Shown here: positions 38,742-48,815 of the stretch, one piece after another
Numbering within the stretch: position 1 is the first letter of the stretch
Layout: each line of letters begins with the position of its first letter
The notes under the pieces: generated by a model
Told to the model about the DNA's origin: nothing
Seen by the model: the letters and a program-made list of their open reading frames with translations, nothing else
Databases searched by the model: none
Made by a program: the position numbers and the translations under genes
Assembly (NCBI GenBank): GCA_031548835.1
Contig: JAVBQS010000110.1
Coordinates: 110-64,109 of the forward strand
Direction: 5' to 3'
DNA: 64,000 nucleotides
Source: Spirochaetia bacterium
Lineage (GTDB): Bacteria > Spirochaetota > Spirochaetia > CADAEX01

Positions 38742-39839
38742 ATGAAAAAAATTATGAAATATTTCAATCTTTTGAAAATATATATAGAGCGGATACTTTA
38801 TTTTGCAGTGCAGAGCCTTTTTTTTAATAACAGAAACAGCAATCCTGAAAATATTAAGAATATTGTTATAGTGCGGCTTAATCACATAGGCGATCTTTTT
38901 ATTTCATTATCTTCGATATACAGCCTGAAGGAGAAATTTCCTGAAGCTAAAATAACACTTGTAACAGGAATCTGGAACAAAGGGCTTGTTGAATTTCAAA
39001 ACCAGCTTTTTGATAATGTATATTATTATAATCTAAAAAAAAATTGCAGAAGCAAAAATCAGAGAATGTCTTTAGCTCAGCGTTTTGGAATATTAAAAAA
39101 AATTAAGAAAGAAAATTATGATCTTTGCGCTGATTTTGACGGGTCACTGGGCTTTCTGTTTTTATATATCTTTTCAAAAATAAAATACCTTTCCACAGCC
39201 AGATACCTGAGATTTAACCAAAATCTTGAGCAGCTTAAAATAAGAAAAAACAAGTTTAATTATGATGTCAATAACAGCTATGAAGGAGATAATATTTTTG
39301 AAGTTGTTAGACAATTTTCAGTAGAAGATAAAAGAAATCAGTTTAAGCTTGAAATAAACAGCAAAATTAAAAATAAAATTGAAGCTTTTTTTAACACAAT
39401 TAACCAGGGGAAAAAAGTTGTAGGAATCCATCCTGTTGCATCTATAAAAGAAAAAATGTGGACAGCAGAAGGATTTGCCAGGCTTTGTGATTTTTTGATA
39501 AGTAAAAAAGATTTTTCTGTTATAATTTTTGGAGCAAAAGATGATACTCCATATATAGAAGAGATAGCTGAAAAAACAGCATATAAGGAAAACATTAATA
39601 TTCAAACCTCTTTTAATATTGGCGAATTTATAACAGCTGTTTCTTATTGTAATTATTTTATTTGTCTTGATAGCCTTGCGCAGCATATAGTTCAATATTT
39701 TAATATGCCTTCCCTAATAATATATATGAGTGAAAATTCAGTACGCTGGAGCAAATCCGGCAATAATATAAAGACAGTTTTACTTAAAGATAAAACAGAC
39801 TATAATAATATATTTGAAAAACTTTCAGATTTTAACTAA
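38742..39839 (+). CDS. Glycosyltransferase family 9 (LOS heptosyltransferase-like)
   Basis: 'NIVIVRLNHIGDLFISLSSIYSLKEKFPEAKITLVTG' is a GT9 N-terminal signature. Confidence 0.7.
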   Translation: MKKIMKYFNLLKIYIERILYFAVQSLFFNNRNSNPENIKNIVIVRLNHIGDLFISLSSIYSLKEKFPEAKITLVTGIWNKGLVEFQNQLFDNVYYYNLKKNCRSKNQRMSLAQRFGILKKIKKENYDLCADFDGSLGFLFLYIFSKIKYLSTARYLRFNQNLEQLKIRKNKFNYDVNNSYEGDNIFEVVRQFSVEDKRNQFKLEINSKIKNKIEAFFNTINQGKKVVGIHPVASIKEKMWTAEGFARLCDFLISKKDFSVIIFGAKDDTPYIEEIAEKTAYKENINIQTSFNIGEFITAVSYCNYFICLDSLAQHIVQYFNMPSLIIYMSENSVRWSKSGNNIKTVLLKDKTDYNNIFEKLSDFN

Positions 39840-39866
39840 AACCTTGTAAAAGGAATATAATAATAC

Positions 39867-40955
39867 ATGAAAAAAATTATTCTTTGGCTTGTGCGGCAAA
39901 TTTTAAGCAAATGCTTAAAATTTAAAATAATACTATGTACAAAAAATATCTCTTTAGAAAATAGAAAAAAAATATTATTGATCAATCTTCATGGAATAGG
40001 CGATCTTGTAATGGCAACTCCTGCAATTGAGCTCTTAAAAATAAACTATCCTTATTCGGAAATTGACTTGCTGGTATCTGCGCCTGCTGCTATTCTTTTT
40101 AAAGATGATCCAAGAATAACGCATATATGTGAATTTATAAACAAAAAACCGCTTACCAGTATCAGAAATATAACAGAAAAATATGATACTGTTATTCTTT
40201 TTATAGGCGGCATATGGGGAACAATTGCTGCTTTATCTATAAAATCAAAAGAAATAATGGGAATGGCATTAAATACTACGTTAGCTGCTGTGTGGAAAGA
40301 TGAAAACAACAAGATAGTTGTTAGGAGATTTAATGAAAAAACACATTTAAGCAATTTAATGATAAATGCAATAAAGCCAATTATAAAAACAGAAAACAAA
40401 GATATAAATGAATATAAATTATATATAAATTATAATAATATCAATATAGAAAAATTTAATTTAAAAAAACCGTATATAGTTATAGCGCCTGAAACAAACT
40501 GGGATATAAAAGAAATTAAAGAGCATTTAATTATAGAACTTATTGCCTATTACAAAGAAAGAAATATTTCTGCTGTTATTATAGGGCAGCGAAAAAAAAA
40601 TATATCAGAAATAAATGATTTGAGAGGAAAAACAACACTGCTTGAAGCAGCAAAAATTATAAAAAATTCAGAATATGTTATATCTGCAGATAGCGCTTTT
40701 ATGCATATATCTTCTGCTTTGGGAAAACCTGTTTTTTCTATATTTGGGCCAACAGATCCTGAAAGATTGGCGCCTTTTGGAAAAAGTATTATTTTTAGAA
40801 AAAATATTTACTGTTCTCCATGCTATAAAGAAATTTATATACCTAAATGTCTTAATCTTGAATATAATCTCTGTATGAAATGGTCTTTGAATGATCTAAA
40901 AAAAGAGCTAGAGTTATTTGAAGAAAAACAGGTTCAGCAAAATGGACAAAATTAA
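39867..40955 (+). CDS. Glycosyltransferase family 9 (LOS heptosyltransferase-like), second copy
   Basis: 'ILLINLHGIGDLVMATPAIELLKINYPYSEIDLLVS' is a GT9 signature. Contains an A10 tract. Confidence 0.7.
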   Translation: MKKIILWLVRQILSKCLKFKIILCTKNISLENRKKILLINLHGIGDLVMATPAIELLKINYPYSEIDLLVSAPAAILFKDDPRITHICEFINKKPLTSIRNITEKYDTVILFIGGIWGTIAALSIKSKEIMGMALNTTLAAVWKDENNKIVVRRFNEKTHLSNLMINAIKPIIKTENKDINEYKLYINYNNINIEKFNLKKPYIVIAPETNWDIKEIKEHLIIELIAYYKERNISAVIIGQRKKNISEINDLRGKTTLLEAAKIIKNSEYVISADSAFMHISSALGKPVFSIFGPTDPERLAPFGKSIIFRKNIYCSPCYKEIYIPKCLNLEYNLCMKWSLNDLKKELELFEEKQVQQNGQN

Positions 40956-42084
40956 AATAATTGACTTTATAACTACAGCAAGAGGCGCGGAAAGGCTCTT
41001 GAGAAGCCGTGTAAGAAAAATAAACAGCACAGGTTATTTTTATAATATTATACTGTGCCCTGAAGGTGAAGAGTTAGCAGAAATTAAAAAAGAAAATATT
41101 CCGTTAGATACTATTGATATTACACGAACAATTAGCGCTTTAGGCTTAATTAAAGAAATAATTTTGCTGTTTTCTATTATTAAAAAAGAAAAAATAGATA
41201 TTATTCATACCCATAATTCCAAAGCAGGGGCACTGGGAAGAATTGTTTGCTTTTTATTAAATTTCACAAAAAAGAAAAAAATAAAAATTATTCATCAGGT
41301 CCATGGATTTCATTTTACAAGATATAATGGCGTAAAAAAAAGGTTTTTTTTTATTATTGAAAAAATTCTGGCAAAAATTACAGATGTTTTATTATTTCAG
41401 AATAAGGCAGAGTATGAAATTGCACAAAAAAAGTTTCAGTCTAAAAAAACTAAACTGGCATTGATTGGTAATGGTATAAATTTCGATGAATTATCACAAA
41501 AAAGGCAGAATGTTGAAGTAAAAGATATAGATAAAACTAACAAGATAATTATCTGTATAGCTAGAATTGAGCCTGTAAAAAACCATATAATGCTTGTTGA
41601 AAGTTTGGGGATATTAAAAAAATATTTTTCCAATTTTATTGCCTATTTTATAGGTGAAGGCAGCGATAAGCAGCTAATTCATTCTATTAAAAATCTTGAC
41701 CTGGAAGATAATATTATTTTTACAGGAGCATTAAACCGCACAGAGATTGTATATTATCTTTCAATAGCAGATATATCTGTGCTGACTTCATTAAAAGAGG
41801 GTATGCCCAGAAGTTTAATGGAATCAATGTTTTTTGGTATTCCATGCATTGGAACAAATGTTATTGGCACAACTGAAGTTATAGTAGATAACGAAACAGG
41901 TTTCCTTGTTGGCCTTAATGATAATTCTGCTTTTTCAGGAAAAATATATGAACTTCTCACAGATGAAGAAAAAAGAAAAGCAATGGGGAAAAAAGCTGAA
42001 ATTTTTTGTAAAGAAAATTTTGATGAAAACCGTGTTACAGAAAAAATAATAGATGTTTATAAAAAGATTATGGAAAATCCATGA
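40942..42084 (+). CDS. Glycosyltransferase family 4
   Basis: 'KEGMPRSLMESMFFGIPCIGTNVIGTTEVIVDNETGFLV'. Likely start MDKIKIID at 40942 overlapping the upstream gene. Contains A8/T9 tracts. Confidence 0.8.
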   Translation: MDKIKIIDFITTARGAERLLRSRVRKINSTGYFYNIILCPEGEELAEIKKENIPLDTIDITRTISALGLIKEIILLFSIIKKEKIDIIHTHNSKAGALGRIVCFLLNFTKKKKIKIIHQVHGFHFTRYNGVKKRFFFIIEKILAKITDVLLFQNKAEYEIAQKKFQSKKTKLALIGNGINFDELSQKRQNVEVKDIDKTNKIIICIARIEPVKNHIMLVESLGILKKYFSNFIAYFIGEGSDKQLIHSIKNLDLEDNIIFTGALNRTEIVYYLSIADISVLTSLKEGMPRSLMESMFFGIPCIGTNVIGTTEVIVDNETGFLVGLNDNSAFSGKIYELLTDEEKRKAMGKKAEIFCKENFDENRVTEKIIDVYKKIMENP

Positions 42085-42140
42085 AGATATTTATGGAAAT
42101 AATTTATATTGTAATAAACAAAATTATTTAATAATAAAAT

Positions 42141-43169
42141 TTAAAACCAGCATCTGAAACCAACTGTCCACATTGGATCAAGCGATGTTTCAAGATTCTT
42201 ATCATAGTCATACTGCGTTACTATTCTGGCCCCGCCTGTAAGATCAATCCTTATATCTTTTGTAAAACCAATTTTACTATTAAGACTTAACTCAATCAAA
42301 TTACATTTCATATTATCTGTATCTGGAAAAAGCGCTGTTGCCCGCAGCACTGGAATAATTTCAGTTTGCTGCATATATAGCCGTATTCCTGCATATAGAT
42401 CTGTCCCTAAAAAATAATTCCTGCTTGAATATAATCCGGAATATAATAATCCTATAGGGTCATGTATATTTTTGCCAAAAGCTGTCTCGCTGCCGAAAAT
42501 AAAAGTTCCTTTATGTTTATATAAAATCAAGCTTGCTGAAAAATTATTTTCAACATCGCCTTCCAGATTTTCCGAAGATATTGCATTATTGCCGAGATAT
42601 TCATCTTTTATGAAAAAAGGAAAGTAACAGCCAGCAAGCCCTATCCAGAATTCATTGGGAAGCATATACATATATACCAGATTAAACTGAGGTTCAAAAA
42701 ACTGGGCTTCAAGTGATGAAATCTTAAAGAAAAAATAATCATTTTCCCTTTTTTTGCTTGATTCTACCCCTGCTCCTATTGATCTGTTTATATAACTTTG
42801 GTCTATTAATAGCTTTTCAACAGCGCTTTTTGTAAAAAGAGGATCGCTTCTGCTGCTGACAATATCTGACTTTGCAAGCTTATTTTTATATTTGCCAAAC
42901 ATTATCTCATAATCAGTTTTTAAATATTTAAACAAAACCTCTTCTACATCAACTTCAAATTTATCTGCTTCAAGTCCCAATTCACATTTAAATTTCTCAG
43001 TTATAGTAAATCCAAGGTCAAGTTTTCCTTTTAGTTCATACTGATCCGGATATGTAATTTCATCATTTACAGCTATTGTAAATTTTGCCTCAACAGAAAA
43101 TTTTTTTTGGGCAAAAATATGTGGGGTAAAAATTATAAAAAATAATAGACTGTAGATACAAATTTTCAT
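42141..43169 (-). CDS. Putative outer-membrane beta-barrel protein
   Basis: Signal peptide 'MKICIYSLLFFIIFTPHIFAQ'. Alternating hydrophobic pattern. C-terminal '...GFRCWF' (terminal Phe). Confidence 0.45.
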   Translation of the reverse strand: MKICIYSLLFFIIFTPHIFAQKKFSVEAKFTIAVNDEITYPDQYELKGKLDLGFTITEKFKCELGLEADKFEVDVEEVLFKYLKTDYEIMFGKYKNKLAKSDIVSSRSDPLFTKSAVEKLLIDQSYINRSIGAGVESSKKRENDYFFFKISSLEAQFFEPQFNLVYMYMLPNEFWIGLAGCYFPFFIKDEYLGNNAISSENLEGDVENNFSASLILYKHKGTFIFGSETAFGKNIHDPIGLLYSGLYSSRNYFLGTDLYAGIRLYMQQTEIIPVLRATALFPDTDNMKCNLIELSLNSKIGFTKDIRIDLTGGARIVTQYDYDKNLETSLDPMWTVGFRCWF

Positions 43170-43247
43170 ATATTTAACAATAATAACTGGTATTGTTTCA
43201 TAATACTTTTTATAATTAGAACTGTAAACAGGTATGATAGCTTTTGA

Positions 43248-43817
43248 ATGGAGGCAGCAGTGGAATTAATTGATAATATTGTTGAAGACCATAAAAAGAC
43301 AGTTGAATTTGTAAAAAAAGAGGCTGTTGTTTTAGAAAAAATAGCTTCTGTTATTATAAATGCATTTAAAAATGGGAATAAAATACTTTTTGCCGGAAAT
43401 GGTGGAAGCGCTGCAGATAGCCAGCATTTTGCTGCAGAGATAACAGGCAGGTTTAAAAAAGAGAGAAGAGGGCTTCCGGGAATATCGCTTACTGTTGATA
43501 CTTCTGCATTAACTGCAATAGCAAATGATTATGGATATGATAATGTCTTTTCAAGGCAGGTTGAAGCGCTTGCAAAGCCTGGAGATGTTTTTGTCTGCTT
43601 TTCCACATCAGGAAACAGCCCCAATATACTTAAAGCTGCTGAAAAAGCGCTTGAAATCGGCTGTGAAACAATAGGCTTTTTGGGAAAAGATGGAGGCACT
43701 ATAAAAAATAAATGCAATATTTCATTTATTGTGCCAGCATCGGTGACTGCCAGAATACAGGAAACTCATTTACTTGCCTATCATATAGTATGTGAGCTTA
43801 TTGATAATTCTTTTTAA
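43248..43817 (+). CDS. gmhA: Phosphoheptose isomerase (SIS domain)
   Basis: 'KILFAGNGGSAADSQHFAAEITGRF' and 'VFVCFSTSGNSPNILKA' are GmhA hallmarks. Confidence 0.85.
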   Translation: MEAAVELIDNIVEDHKKTVEFVKKEAVVLEKIASVIINAFKNGNKILFAGNGGSAADSQHFAAEITGRFKKERRGLPGISLTVDTSALTAIANDYGYDNVFSRQVEALAKPGDVFVCFSTSGNSPNILKAAEKALEIGCETIGFLGKDGGTIKNKCNISFIVPASVTARIQETHLLAYHIVCELIDNSF

Positions 43818-43840
43818 AGTATGGATCGCAAGATATTTAA

Positions 43841-44974
43841 ATGGCTTTTTTTCTTAAATTAATAATTATTATAATAACTTTTCTTTTTATACCTTTTTCA
43901 TGCGGTAACTTTACAGGATTTGAGAGTATAGGCGAACCAGATACAGGCAATATAAGAAAAATAAAATTATATTTAAGCCAGGATGATATGGAAAAGCTTT
44001 ACAATTCATTATCTGAAGATGACTATGCGCATTGTGTTTATAAAAAAGGATCAGGAGTTATTGATGCTTGGATAAAAATAAGAGGAGATGTTTCACGCAG
44101 TTATCCAAAAAAGTCATTTACATTAAGATTTGAAAATTCTGAAAAAGAGCGTTATGCGCTAACAGCTTCTTTCAAAGACCCGTCATATGTCAGAAATATG
44201 ATTGCTTTTGATATTTATAGGGAGTTTATACCTGGAATACCTGAGACAGAATGTATTGCTCTTTTCATCAATGATAATTATATAGGATATTATACTAAAA
44301 TAAAATTATATAATGAAAATGATTTAAAAAAATATTATGGAAATTTCCAGCTTTTTAAATGTAAATTTGACAATATGGGAAGTGATTTTCCGCTCCATTA
44401 TCTTTCAGAAAAAGAATTTCCTGATGATGATAATTTTTCATTCCTTGATCAGCTTATCTCATGTGCAAAATATATGAATGATGATGATTGGAATGATTTT
44501 GTAAATAGAAAATTTGATATTGAAAAAACAGCATTATATATTGCAGTACATAATTATCTTGCAGTCACAGATACTACAACAAAAAATTTTAATGTAATAT
44601 ATAACGGCAAGTATTCTTTTTTGCCATGGGATCATGAGGCAAATATGGGAAGAAGTTACAGTGGAACAGAAACAGAAACAACAAGCTATCCTTTTGAAGG
44701 AGATAACATGCTTATGAGGCGGCTTCTGCAAAAAGGTTCTCCTGTAAGGGAAAAATATAAAGAATTTATTAATGATCCTGTATTTATTGCTAAAATGAAA
44801 AACAGAGCAGAAAATAAACTTTCTCAATATGGCAAAGATATTGACAGGGCTGTTTATTATGATTCAAATAAATATTATAAATACAATGATTTTATAAATG
44901 AAATTTCTTCTCCTGATGGATATATCTATAAATTTTTACAGCAGAGAGAAAGCGAAATTCCAATCTTGGAGTAA
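43841..44974 (+). CDS. CotH-family (atypical kinase) protein, secreted/lipid-anchored
   Basis: 'AWIKIRGDVSRSYPKKSFTLRF' and 'LPWDHEANMG' resemble CotH signatures. N-terminal signal ending in Cys-Gly. Confidence 0.6.
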   Translation: MAFFLKLIIIIITFLFIPFSCGNFTGFESIGEPDTGNIRKIKLYLSQDDMEKLYNSLSEDDYAHCVYKKGSGVIDAWIKIRGDVSRSYPKKSFTLRFENSEKERYALTASFKDPSYVRNMIAFDIYREFIPGIPETECIALFINDNYIGYYTKIKLYNENDLKKYYGNFQLFKCKFDNMGSDFPLHYLSEKEFPDDDNFSFLDQLISCAKYMNDDDWNDFVNRKFDIEKTALYIAVHNYLAVTDTTTKNFNVIYNGKYSFLPWDHEANMGRSYSGTETETTSYPFEGDNMLMRRLLQKGSPVREKYKEFINDPVFIAKMKNRAENKLSQYGKDIDRAVYYDSNKYYKYNDFINEISSPDGYIYKFLQQRESEIPILE

Positions 44975-45047
44975 GAAAAAATAATAATGGAGTTTTTAAA
45001 ACAGGTAATTTACAAAAATAGATATTTGTTTTTTAATTAAAAAAGTT

Positions 45048-45758
45048 ATGGATGATATTTTTATGTCTTTTTTTTCCGTAAATATTGCCGATTTTTCAGT
45101 GGCAGGCGATCTTACAATAATACAATGTCTCCTTAGGCTGGGTACTGCTTTTATTCTTACTTTTTTTCTTTCATATATTTATAAAATGATTAATAGTAAG
45201 AAACAGGACAGATATGTAATAATGCAATCCATAATTTTTATATCTGTTATTCTTGCCGGAGCAATGATGGTTATAGGCAATAATCTTGCAATAGCATTCG
45301 GCCTTGTAGGTGCTGTATCAATAATAAGATTCCGGGCAACTGTTGGAAATTTTTTTGATATGTCTTTTCTATTTGTAGCAATTGTTGTTGGAATGGCGAG
45401 CGGCCTTGGGTTTCATTTTCTTGCATTTATTATAGCATTTATAGTAGGAATATTAATGCTTATTTTGAACTATTTCAAATTTGGGAAAATGCCTCCTTCT
45501 CTTAGAGAATACGAAGTCACAATAATAATTGAAGGGGCAGATATACCACAGAAAATATTTTATGAATTTTTAACTTCTACAGCAGGTCCGGCAGGAGCTA
45601 TTGTAAATTTTATCGAATTTAAAAGCCAGGAAAAAAAGAAAAAATTCAAATTCTCTATTTTTATAGATACAAATCAGGATTTGACAGAGACTGAAAAATT
45701 GCTTGAAGAAAAACTTAAAGATTTAAAATATGAGATAAATATTGAAACAAAAAAGTAA
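45048..45758 (+). CDS. Membrane protein (N-terminal TM bundle plus charged C-terminal domain)
   Basis: Three to four TM helices, then a soluble K/E-rich tail. No motif recognised. Confidence 0.35.
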   Translation: MDDIFMSFFSVNIADFSVAGDLTIIQCLLRLGTAFILTFFLSYIYKMINSKKQDRYVIMQSIIFISVILAGAMMVIGNNLAIAFGLVGAVSIIRFRATVGNFFDMSFLFVAIVVGMASGLGFHFLAFIIAFIVGILMLILNYFKFGKMPPSLREYEVTIIIEGADIPQKIFYEFLTSTAGPAGAIVNFIEFKSQEKKKKFKFSIFIDTNQDLTETEKLLEEKLKDLKYEINIETKK

Positions 45759-45775
45759 TGGTTGGTAGTATGCAG

Positions 45776-45816
45776 TATGGCGATTAATAAAAATATTTAA
45801 TCGCCATATTTTTTGT
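45776..45816 (+). terminator. Rho-independent terminator
   Basis: tatggcgattaa-(9 nt loop)-ttaatcgccata followed by ttttttg, immediately after the 45048..45758 stop. Confidence 0.65.
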
Positions 45817-45821
45817 TATGT

Positions 45822-47162
45822 TTATTTAAATTTTTTTATTAAGAAATCTTTAAGATCATCTGATGTATTATTAATTATTACAGATTCTTTTTTAAGCTTT
45901 AGTATTTTTTCAAGCTGGGGCGGAAGAGTCTGTTTTACACCGGTAGCCTGTTCTACAACTTCAAGAAATTTTCCAGGATGTGCTGTTGATAAAGTTATTA
46001 AAGCAGTATTATCCGAATCACAGCAGCATGAACAGCTTCCGGAAGATAATTTTATTTTTTTAATATATCTCTGCGAAGCAATATAGCCGACTGCTGTATG
46101 CGGATCTATGAATTTCCCCTTTTGTTCATAATAGCTTTTTACTGCATTAAGTGTTTCATTATCGCTAACCCATTCTCCTTTAATCAGTTTTCCCATCTCT
46201 TTATAATCATTATTAAAAATATCTTTAAGCCTTTCAAAGTTGCTTGGGTTGCCTACATCCATGGCATTGGAATAGGTCTGCACAGACGGCCTTGGCGAAA
46301 AAATACCTGACTCAAGATATTCAGGAACTTCCTTGTTTTCGTTAGTTGCTGCAATAAATTTTTTTACAGGCAGCCCCCATTTTGCAGCAAGCACTCCTGC
46401 TGTAAGGTTTCCGAAATTTCCGCTTGGCACAGAAAAAATTATATTATCATATTTTTTCTTAAGCTGGTTTACTGCATAAACATAATAAAATGACTGGGGA
46501 ATAAGCCTGCCCAGATTGATGGAATTGGCAGAAGTAAGAGGAAGGCCAGAAAGCGCCTTATTTAAAAATGCTTCTTTTACCATTTTCTGGCAGTCGTCAA
46601 AAGATCCTTTTACTTCAAGCGCTGTAACGTTTCCGCCAAGTGTTGTAAGCTGCTTTTCCTGGAGAGGGCTTACTCTTCCGGAAGGATATAATATTACAAC
46701 TTCAATATTTTTTTTATTATGAAAAGCCTGCGCTACAGCGCTTCCTGTATCTCCTGATGTTGCTGTAAGTATAATTGCTTTTCTGTCCTCTCCTTTAAGC
46801 AGTTCTTCCATGGAAGCTGCAAGAAAAAATGCGCCAAAATCCTTAAAAGCACATGAAGGGCCGTGATAAAGTTCAAGTATAAAAATATTTTCGCCTGCAT
46901 TTGTAATTTCCGGCTTAAATGCAAAAGCTTTTTGACAGATATTTTTTACCCTGTCGGCAGAAAGATCATCTTTTAAAATTTCAGAAGCCAGCATTGCTGA
47001 TGAATCAATAAAAGAGGTTTTTTCATCCATTGCTGCAAAAAGTTTTGAAAGGTCAGGCATCTCTGCAGGATTATATAACCCGCCTTCAGGAGAAAGCCCC
47101 TGAAATATTGCATCCTTAAAACTAACTAGATGGTTTTTATTTCTTGTACTATAAAATTTCAT
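45822..47162 (-). CDS. thrC: Threonine synthase
   Basis: PLP-lysine motif 'SCAFKDFG'. Length and overall pattern of long-form ThrC. Lies next to aspartokinase. Confidence 0.85.
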   Translation of the reverse strand: MKFYSTRNKNHLVSFKDAIFQGLSPEGGLYNPAEMPDLSKLFAAMDEKTSFIDSSAMLASEILKDDLSADRVKNICQKAFAFKPEITNAGENIFILELYHGPSCAFKDFGAFFLAASMEELLKGEDRKAIILTATSGDTGSAVAQAFHNKKNIEVVILYPSGRVSPLQEKQLTTLGGNVTALEVKGSFDDCQKMVKEAFLNKALSGLPLTSANSINLGRLIPQSFYYVYAVNQLKKKYDNIIFSVPSGNFGNLTAGVLAAKWGLPVKKFIAATNENKEVPEYLESGIFSPRPSVQTYSNAMDVGNPSNFERLKDIFNNDYKEMGKLIKGEWVSDNETLNAVKSYYEQKGKFIDPHTAVGYIASQRYIKKIKLSSGSCSCCCDSDNTALITLSTAHPGKFLEVVEQATGVKQTLPPQLEKILKLKKESVIINNTSDDLKDFLIKKFK

Positions 47163-47174
47163 GACTGCTCCTAG

Positions 47175-48560
47175 TTAAACACCAAGAAAAGAGTTGTGAA
47201 TAACATTAATTGCTTTTTCTGCTTCTTCTTTTTTTACCACAAAAGATATATTGCGTTCTGATGATCCCTGGGCAATTGCAAGAATATTTATTGTGTTCTC
47301 ACCTAAAGTGCTGAATAATTTTCCGGCAATTCCCGGAGTTCCCTGCATATTGTCTCCAATAATTGCAATTATTTCAAGATTTTCTGTAAGTTCAAATTTC
47401 TCAACTATTTTTGAATCAAGTTCAAAGCTAAAATTATCTTCCATAGCTGAAACAGCTTTTTTTGCATCATCAGTAAGGCATACAATACATATTGTATGTT
47501 CAGATGATGCCTGGGAAATCATTATCATATTTATATCATTTTTTGCAAAAATTTCAAAAACCTTGGATGCAAATCCAGGCTGGCCAATCATTCCCCCGCC
47601 TACAATATTTATAATTGAAACATTACTAATACTTGCAATGCCTGTTATAGCCCTGTTATTAGGCTTGGGATTTTTTATAATCAATGTTCCCGGAGCAGCA
47701 AGGTTAAGGGTATTTTTAATACATATTGGTATCCCTTTTTCAACAGCAGGAATCATTGTGCTTGGATGTATTACTTTTGCTCCGAAATAGGAAAGTTCCA
47801 TTGCTTCTTCTACGCTTATCTCAGGCATTACAAAAGCATTTTTTACAATTCTTGGATCAGCGCTTAAAACTCCGTCAACATCTGTCCATATTTCAATTAT
47901 ATCTGCATTTATTCCTGCTGCTATTATTGATGCAGAAAAATCTGAACCATTCCTTCCCAAAGTAGTTGTTGAGCCATCTTCTGCTGACGCGATAAAGCCT
48001 GTAATTACAGGAATTCCATCTATTTTGGAAAATTTTTCTTTTATATTTTTATATGTTTCATCATAGTAGACAACAGCTTTTGTATACTGCCTGTTTGTTT
48101 TTATAATCTCCCGTGAATCAACATATTCAGCTTTATTTTCTGTTGATCTTATATATGAAGCAATAAGAAAATTATTTAACCTTTCTCCAAAGCTTGCAAT
48201 AAGGTCAAGGCTTCTTGGTGAACATTCTTTTACAAGTTCGATTCCTTTAAGAAGATTTTCAAGCTCTTCAACCATCTCTTTAATCTGTTTCATAGCTTCA
48301 TTTGCAAAATTACCGCTCATAAGTCCGCTTACAGCTTTTTCCTGCCTTGAAAGCAGTTTTGTAATATTTTCTTTATAGCTGTTTTTTCCTTCTGCCGCAA
48401 TTTTGGCAGAATTAAGCAGGAGATCTGTAATTCCTTTCATTGCAGAAAAAACAACTGCAACTTTTGCTTTTTTACTTTCTCCAATAACAATTGAACAAAC
48501 ATGTTTTATTCTTTCAGCATCCTGCACAGAGCTGCCGCCGAATTTCATTACCTTGATCAT
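47175..48560 (-). CDS. Aspartate kinase (monofunctional, with C-terminal ACT domains)
   Basis: 'MIKVMKFGGSSVQDAERI' (KFGG-S/T). 'VVFSAMKGITDLL'. C-terminal ACT-like repeats. Confidence 0.9.
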   Translation of the reverse strand: MIKVMKFGGSSVQDAERIKHVCSIVIGESKKAKVAVVFSAMKGITDLLLNSAKIAAEGKNSYKENITKLLSRQEKAVSGLMSGNFANEAMKQIKEMVEELENLLKGIELVKECSPRSLDLIASFGERLNNFLIASYIRSTENKAEYVDSREIIKTNRQYTKAVVYYDETYKNIKEKFSKIDGIPVITGFIASAEDGSTTTLGRNGSDFSASIIAAGINADIIEIWTDVDGVLSADPRIVKNAFVMPEISVEEAMELSYFGAKVIHPSTMIPAVEKGIPICIKNTLNLAAPGTLIIKNPKPNNRAITGIASISNVSIINIVGGGMIGQPGFASKVFEIFAKNDINMIMISQASSEHTICIVCLTDDAKKAVSAMEDNFSFELDSKIVEKFELTENLEIIAIIGDNMQGTPGIAGKLFSTLGENTINILAIAQGSSERNISFVVKKEEAEKAINVIHNSFLGV

Positions 48561-48815
48561 TTTTTTCCCTTATTATTTTTAGAATCGATTATATATACCA
48601 TTTTTTACCTTTTTAAATAAGTATTTTTTGGTATATTATTTATATAAAAAGTTCTGGAAAAAAATCCAAATTTTGCTGTATATTTAATCAATATGATTCC
48701 ATAAATATAAAAGCTGTTAGAGATTAATGAATGGAATATATGATGATAAATAATTAATGGATGGATTGATATTTTATAAGCTTGGTGAAAAGCAGTCTAA
48801 AAAAGTTGAGGATGT

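Noticed and set aside
9030-41360. Homopolymeric A/T tracts (A9 at ~9038 in a GT4 gene, A10 at ~40583 in GT9 copy 2, A8/T9 at ~41333 in a GT4 gene) as phase-variation switches
   Set aside because: At about 30% GC, poly-A/T runs of 8-10 are expected by composition. Without poly-G/C tracts or strain variation, there is no specific evidence for slipped-strand regulation. They are only worth checking in population data.
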